Assembly (NCBI GenBank): GCA_027923505.1
Contig: BROI01000012.1
Coordinates: forward strand, 558,001 to 622,000
Length of the DNA: 64,000 bases
Reading direction: 5' to 3'
DNA from: Mayamaea pseudoterrestris
Taxonomy: Eukaryota
Made by a program: the position numbers and the translations under genes. The notes below the pieces were generated by a model. The model searched no databases. It was not told the origin of the DNA and saw only the letters and a list, made by a program, of their open reading frames with translations. Below, one piece after another: positions 60,901-64,000 of this stretch (the stretch's first letter is position 1; the number at the start of each line of letters is the position of its first letter).

Positions 60901-62570
60901 TTTGAATGTCTCGGCATCTGCGGGCTGAGATTGGTGACAAGGTGTCACCAAATACATTGCCATCCCCTGAGACACCCGCCAAGCCTACCATCTTGTAGCG
61001 CAGCCTGAATAATGATGTTGGCACCATTCTGGTGTAATTTGGGCACCTACAGGGCTTGCTGTAGGGGCGTTTGAATGTCACGGCATCTGCGGGCTGAGAT
61101 TGGTGACAAGTTGTCACCAAATACATTGCCATCCTCTGAGGCACCAGCCAAGCCTACCATCTTTTAGCGCAGCCTGGATAATGATGTTGGCACCATTCTG
61201 GTGTATTTTGGGCACCTACACGGCATGCTGTAGGGGCGTTTGAATGTCTCGGCATCTGCGGGCTGAGATTGGTGACAAGGTGTCACCAAATACATTGCCA
61301 TCCCCTGAGACACCCGCCAAGCCTACCATCTTGTAGCGCAGCCTGAATAATGATGTTGGCACCATTCTGGTGTAATTTGGGCACCTACAGGGCTTGCTGT
61401 AGGGGCGTTTGAATGTCACGGCATCTGTGGGCTGAGATTGGTGACAAGTTGTCACCAAATACATTGCCATCCTCTGAGGCACCAGCCAAGCCTACCATCT
61501 TTTAGCGCAGCCCGGATAATGATGTTGGCTCCATTCTGGTGTAATTATGGCACCTACACGGCATGCTGTATGGGCGTTTGAATGTCTCGGCATCTGCGGG
61601 CTGACATTGGTGACAAGGTGTCACCAAATACATTGCCATCCCCTGAGACACCAGCCAAACCTACCATCTTGTAGCGCAGCATGGATAATGTTGTTGGCAC
61701 CATTCTGGTGTTATTTGGGCACCTACAGGGCTTGCTGTAGGGGCGTTTGAATGTCACGGCATCTGCGGGCTGAGATTGGTGACAAGTTGTCACCAAATAC
61801 ATTGCCAACCCCTGAGACACCAGCCAAGCCTACCATGTTGTGGCGCAGCCTAAATAATGATGGTGGCACCATTCCGGTGTATTTTGGGCACCTACATGGC
61901 TTGCTGTAGGGGCGTTTGAATGTCACGGCATCTGCGGGCTTGCTGAGATTGGTGACAAGTTGTCACCAAATACATTGCCATCCCCTGAGACACCAGCCAA
62001 ACCTACCATCTTGTAGTGCAGCCTGAATTAAGGATGTTGGCACCATTCTGGTGTAATTTGGGCACCTACAGGGCTTGCTGTAGGGGCGTTTGAATGTCAT
62101 GGCATCTGCGGGCTGAGATTGGTGACAAGTTGTCACCAAATACATTGCCATCCCCTGAGACACCAGCCAAGCCTACCATCTTGTAGCGCAGCATGGATAA
62201 TGTTGTTGGCACCATTCTGGTGTTATTTGGGCACCTACAGGGCTTGCTGTAGGGGCGTTTGAATGTCACGGCATCTGCGGGCTGAGATTGGTGACAAGTT
62301 GTCACCAAATACATTGCCATCCCCTGAGACACCAGCCAAGCCTACCATCTTGTAGCGCAGCCTGAATAATGATTTTGGCACCATTCTGGCGTGATTTGGG
62401 TTTACGCATGGCTCTGAGAAAGGGCTGTTCAAAGTCATGGCAACTGCTGGATAGGATCTCACCGATGGCATTGCAGCATCATGAGGCATCAGCCAGGTGC
62501 TCCAACTTTTATAGCAGCCTAAAAGGGATGTTTCCATCATCCTGGTGTCTGATATGGGTCATGGGCAGGC
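51920..62570. repeat. Tandem satellite array: 169-bp monomer, ~62 copies, with a degenerate terminal copy at ~62390-62570
   Basis: Monomer ttgccatcccctgagacaccagccaagcc...ggtgacaagttgtcaccaaataca. Recurrent spurious ORFs are spaced 169 or 338 bp apart (52522, 52860, 53029, 53198). Confidence 0.99.
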
Positions 62571-62701
62571 AGTGCGTAACTTGCACTGCTTCATAGAGGA
62601 CTATCGCATAGCTTGTGTCCTACCGGCAATGTTTACGACACACATCCCTTCCACCATGACAACTCCCACTTCCTACTTGCGTACTGTACTGGCTTGCTAC
62701 C

Positions 62702-64000
62702 ATGCCAACTACGAACAAAGATGACAGCGATGATTATGACGAGGAAGGATTAAATAACGATGATCCTCAATTCTCATCTGCTGCCCTCTGCATTGAATTT
62801 GAATTGCTCGGGCAATCCTTTCGTCCGGTTTTCACCCACCAAGTGTTTGCCGATGAGTGGATTCGCGGCTACCAACCATTTTATCAACATCTGTCAGAGA
62901 CCTTCGAGAGAAATGCACACTCGTCCTTTTCAAACCATGACAAGGTGAACATGGAGTTGGCAATTGCAATCAACTTGTCACCATCGTGCGAATATTGCAG
63001 CATAGATATGACGGTGCGCAAAATCCAGCCGCATGTTGAAGCCCGTCGCTACACCAAGCGCCCAAGACTTGAAACGACAATAAAAGCAGATGCTTGTGAC
63101 ACTCTTGTGAACGCTGAAAACTCAGAAGTCGAAAGCATTGATGCCGCGGATGAGGAATACGAGGAGGAATCTGTGAATGATGACGATGACGATGCAGCCG
63201 AGGCCAATAACATCAGTTTGCATGGAAAGGAAGGCGCGACCCGATTGGCGCGAATGCCACTGGCCGAGGTTCGGCAAGCCATGGAGTTTGCTCTTCCTCA
63301 GCATGCCCAAGACAGCATGGCTCGTTCCTGCTTTCTGCCAAGTCCGGTCGGCGAAATTATCAAGACATATCGCCACAACGACATAGAATTTGTCTTGACT
63401 CTTGCAACCGGCAAGGACGCTTTGACGTTTCACAATCAGGTCCAAAAGTTGGCAATCTGGTACATTGAGACTGCTGACGATGTTAATATTGCCGACGAGT
63501 CGGAAGGATATTGGAAGGTTCTCTATCTTTTCCGAAAGCATGAGCGAATGCAGTTTTCGTTTGCTGGCTACATGACTCTCTTTCATTTTCGATCGCCCTT
63601 TCACAAACCTACTCCTGGTGTTATTCTTCGCGTCGCACAGGCGCTACTGCTTCCTTGTTACCAGCGCATGGGGCATGGACGTACTATGCTGCACGCAGTC
63701 TTTGATAACGTTGCGGCTAACACGACGGACGCTGCCGATGATGCCATGGGGCTGTCAAAGATTGTCCAAGTTAATGTGGAAGATCCGGCACCAGAATTTA
63801 CGCAGCTTCGCAATCGAGTCGACTTGGAACGATACGTTCAGTCAAGAACGGACGCTACGGATTGGTTTGGTGAGGATGGTGACAAGATGCCAGACGATGC
63901 CTCGTTCTTTACTCCCTTGTCGGAATTAGTTCTCGCCAAGGCCGCTGGTGAAGCTAAGATTACAAAGCAGCAACTTCAGATTGTTTATGAATTGTTTCGG
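62702..64000 (+). CDS. HAT1: Histone acetyltransferase type B catalytic subunit, truncated at its 3' end by the window
   Basis: Frame from ATG 62702 reads FRPVFTHQVFADEWIRGY, FHNQVQKLAIWYIETAD, WKVLYLF, RVAQALLLPCYQRMGHG and VNVEDPAPEFTQLR. It is missing from the ORF track because no stop lies in the window. Confidence 0.92.
   Translation, partial: MPTTNKDDSDDYDEEGLNNDDPQFSSAALCIEFELLGQSFRPVFTHQVFADEWIRGYQPFYQHLSETFERNAHSSFSNHDKVNMELAIAINLSPSCEYCSIDMTVRKIQPHVEARRYTKRPRLETTIKADACDTLVNAENSEVESIDAADEEYEEESVNDDDDDAAEANNISLHGKEGATRLARMPLAEVRQAMEFALPQHAQDSMARSCFLPSPVGEIIKTYRHNDIEFVLTLATGKDALTFHNQVQKLAIWYIETADDVNIADESEGYWKVLYLFRKHERMQFSFAGYMTLFHFRSPFHKPTPGVILRVAQALLLPCYQRMGHGRTMLHAVFDNVAANTTDAADDAMGLSKIVQVNVEDPAPEFTQLRNRVDLERYVQSRTDATDWFGEDGDKMPDDASFFTPLSELVLAKAAGEAKITKQQLQIVYELFR

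Noticed and set aside
51920..62400. CRISPR-like appearance from palindromic repeats at regular spacing
   Set aside because: The intervening sequence is also repeated, so there are no unique spacers. No cas genes are present and the context is eukaryotic.
51920..62540. Dozens of 65-122 aa ORFs (MSQGMAMYLVTTCHQSQP...) in the array
   Set aside because: Artefacts of a 169-bp period that shifts frame with each copy. Stops recur and indels are tolerated.

Overview
Gene-dense eukaryotic nuclear DNA with short GT-AG introns. Several proteins carry bipartite signal-plus-transit leaders with ASAFAP-like motifs, and one has a DUF6824-type domain, so the source is most likely a diatom (inference). About 25 protein-coding genes are supported: RPT4, INO1, a mu-like GST, an MscS-like channel, a trimethyllysine/gamma-butyrobetaine dioxygenase, CDC50, a PPR protein, heme oxygenase, an RWD protein, a GNAT, UDP-glucuronate 4-epimerase, a 9-exon Gly-rich RRM protein, LeuA, a class-3 lipase, an FKBP, an RPA34-like protein, mitochondrial L27 and a 5'-partial HAT1, among others. 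The dominant non-coding feature is a ~10.5 kb tandem array of a 169-bp monomer (~62 copies) between MRPL27 and HAT1. The monomer has dyad symmetry and the array shows higher-order structure, which makes it a candidate satellite-type centromere or heterochromatin block. Other notable items are a ~1 kb non-autonomous DNA element with TIRs and a TCA target duplication (PIF/Harbinger-like), a broken RXL/KxxK + mucin + L-lectin gene resembling diatom cell-wall proteins, an RRP7 pseudogene fragment, a duplicated ~65-bp intergenic element and a 104-bp dimeric minisatellite. All family calls come from recognising motifs by eye; no searches were run.
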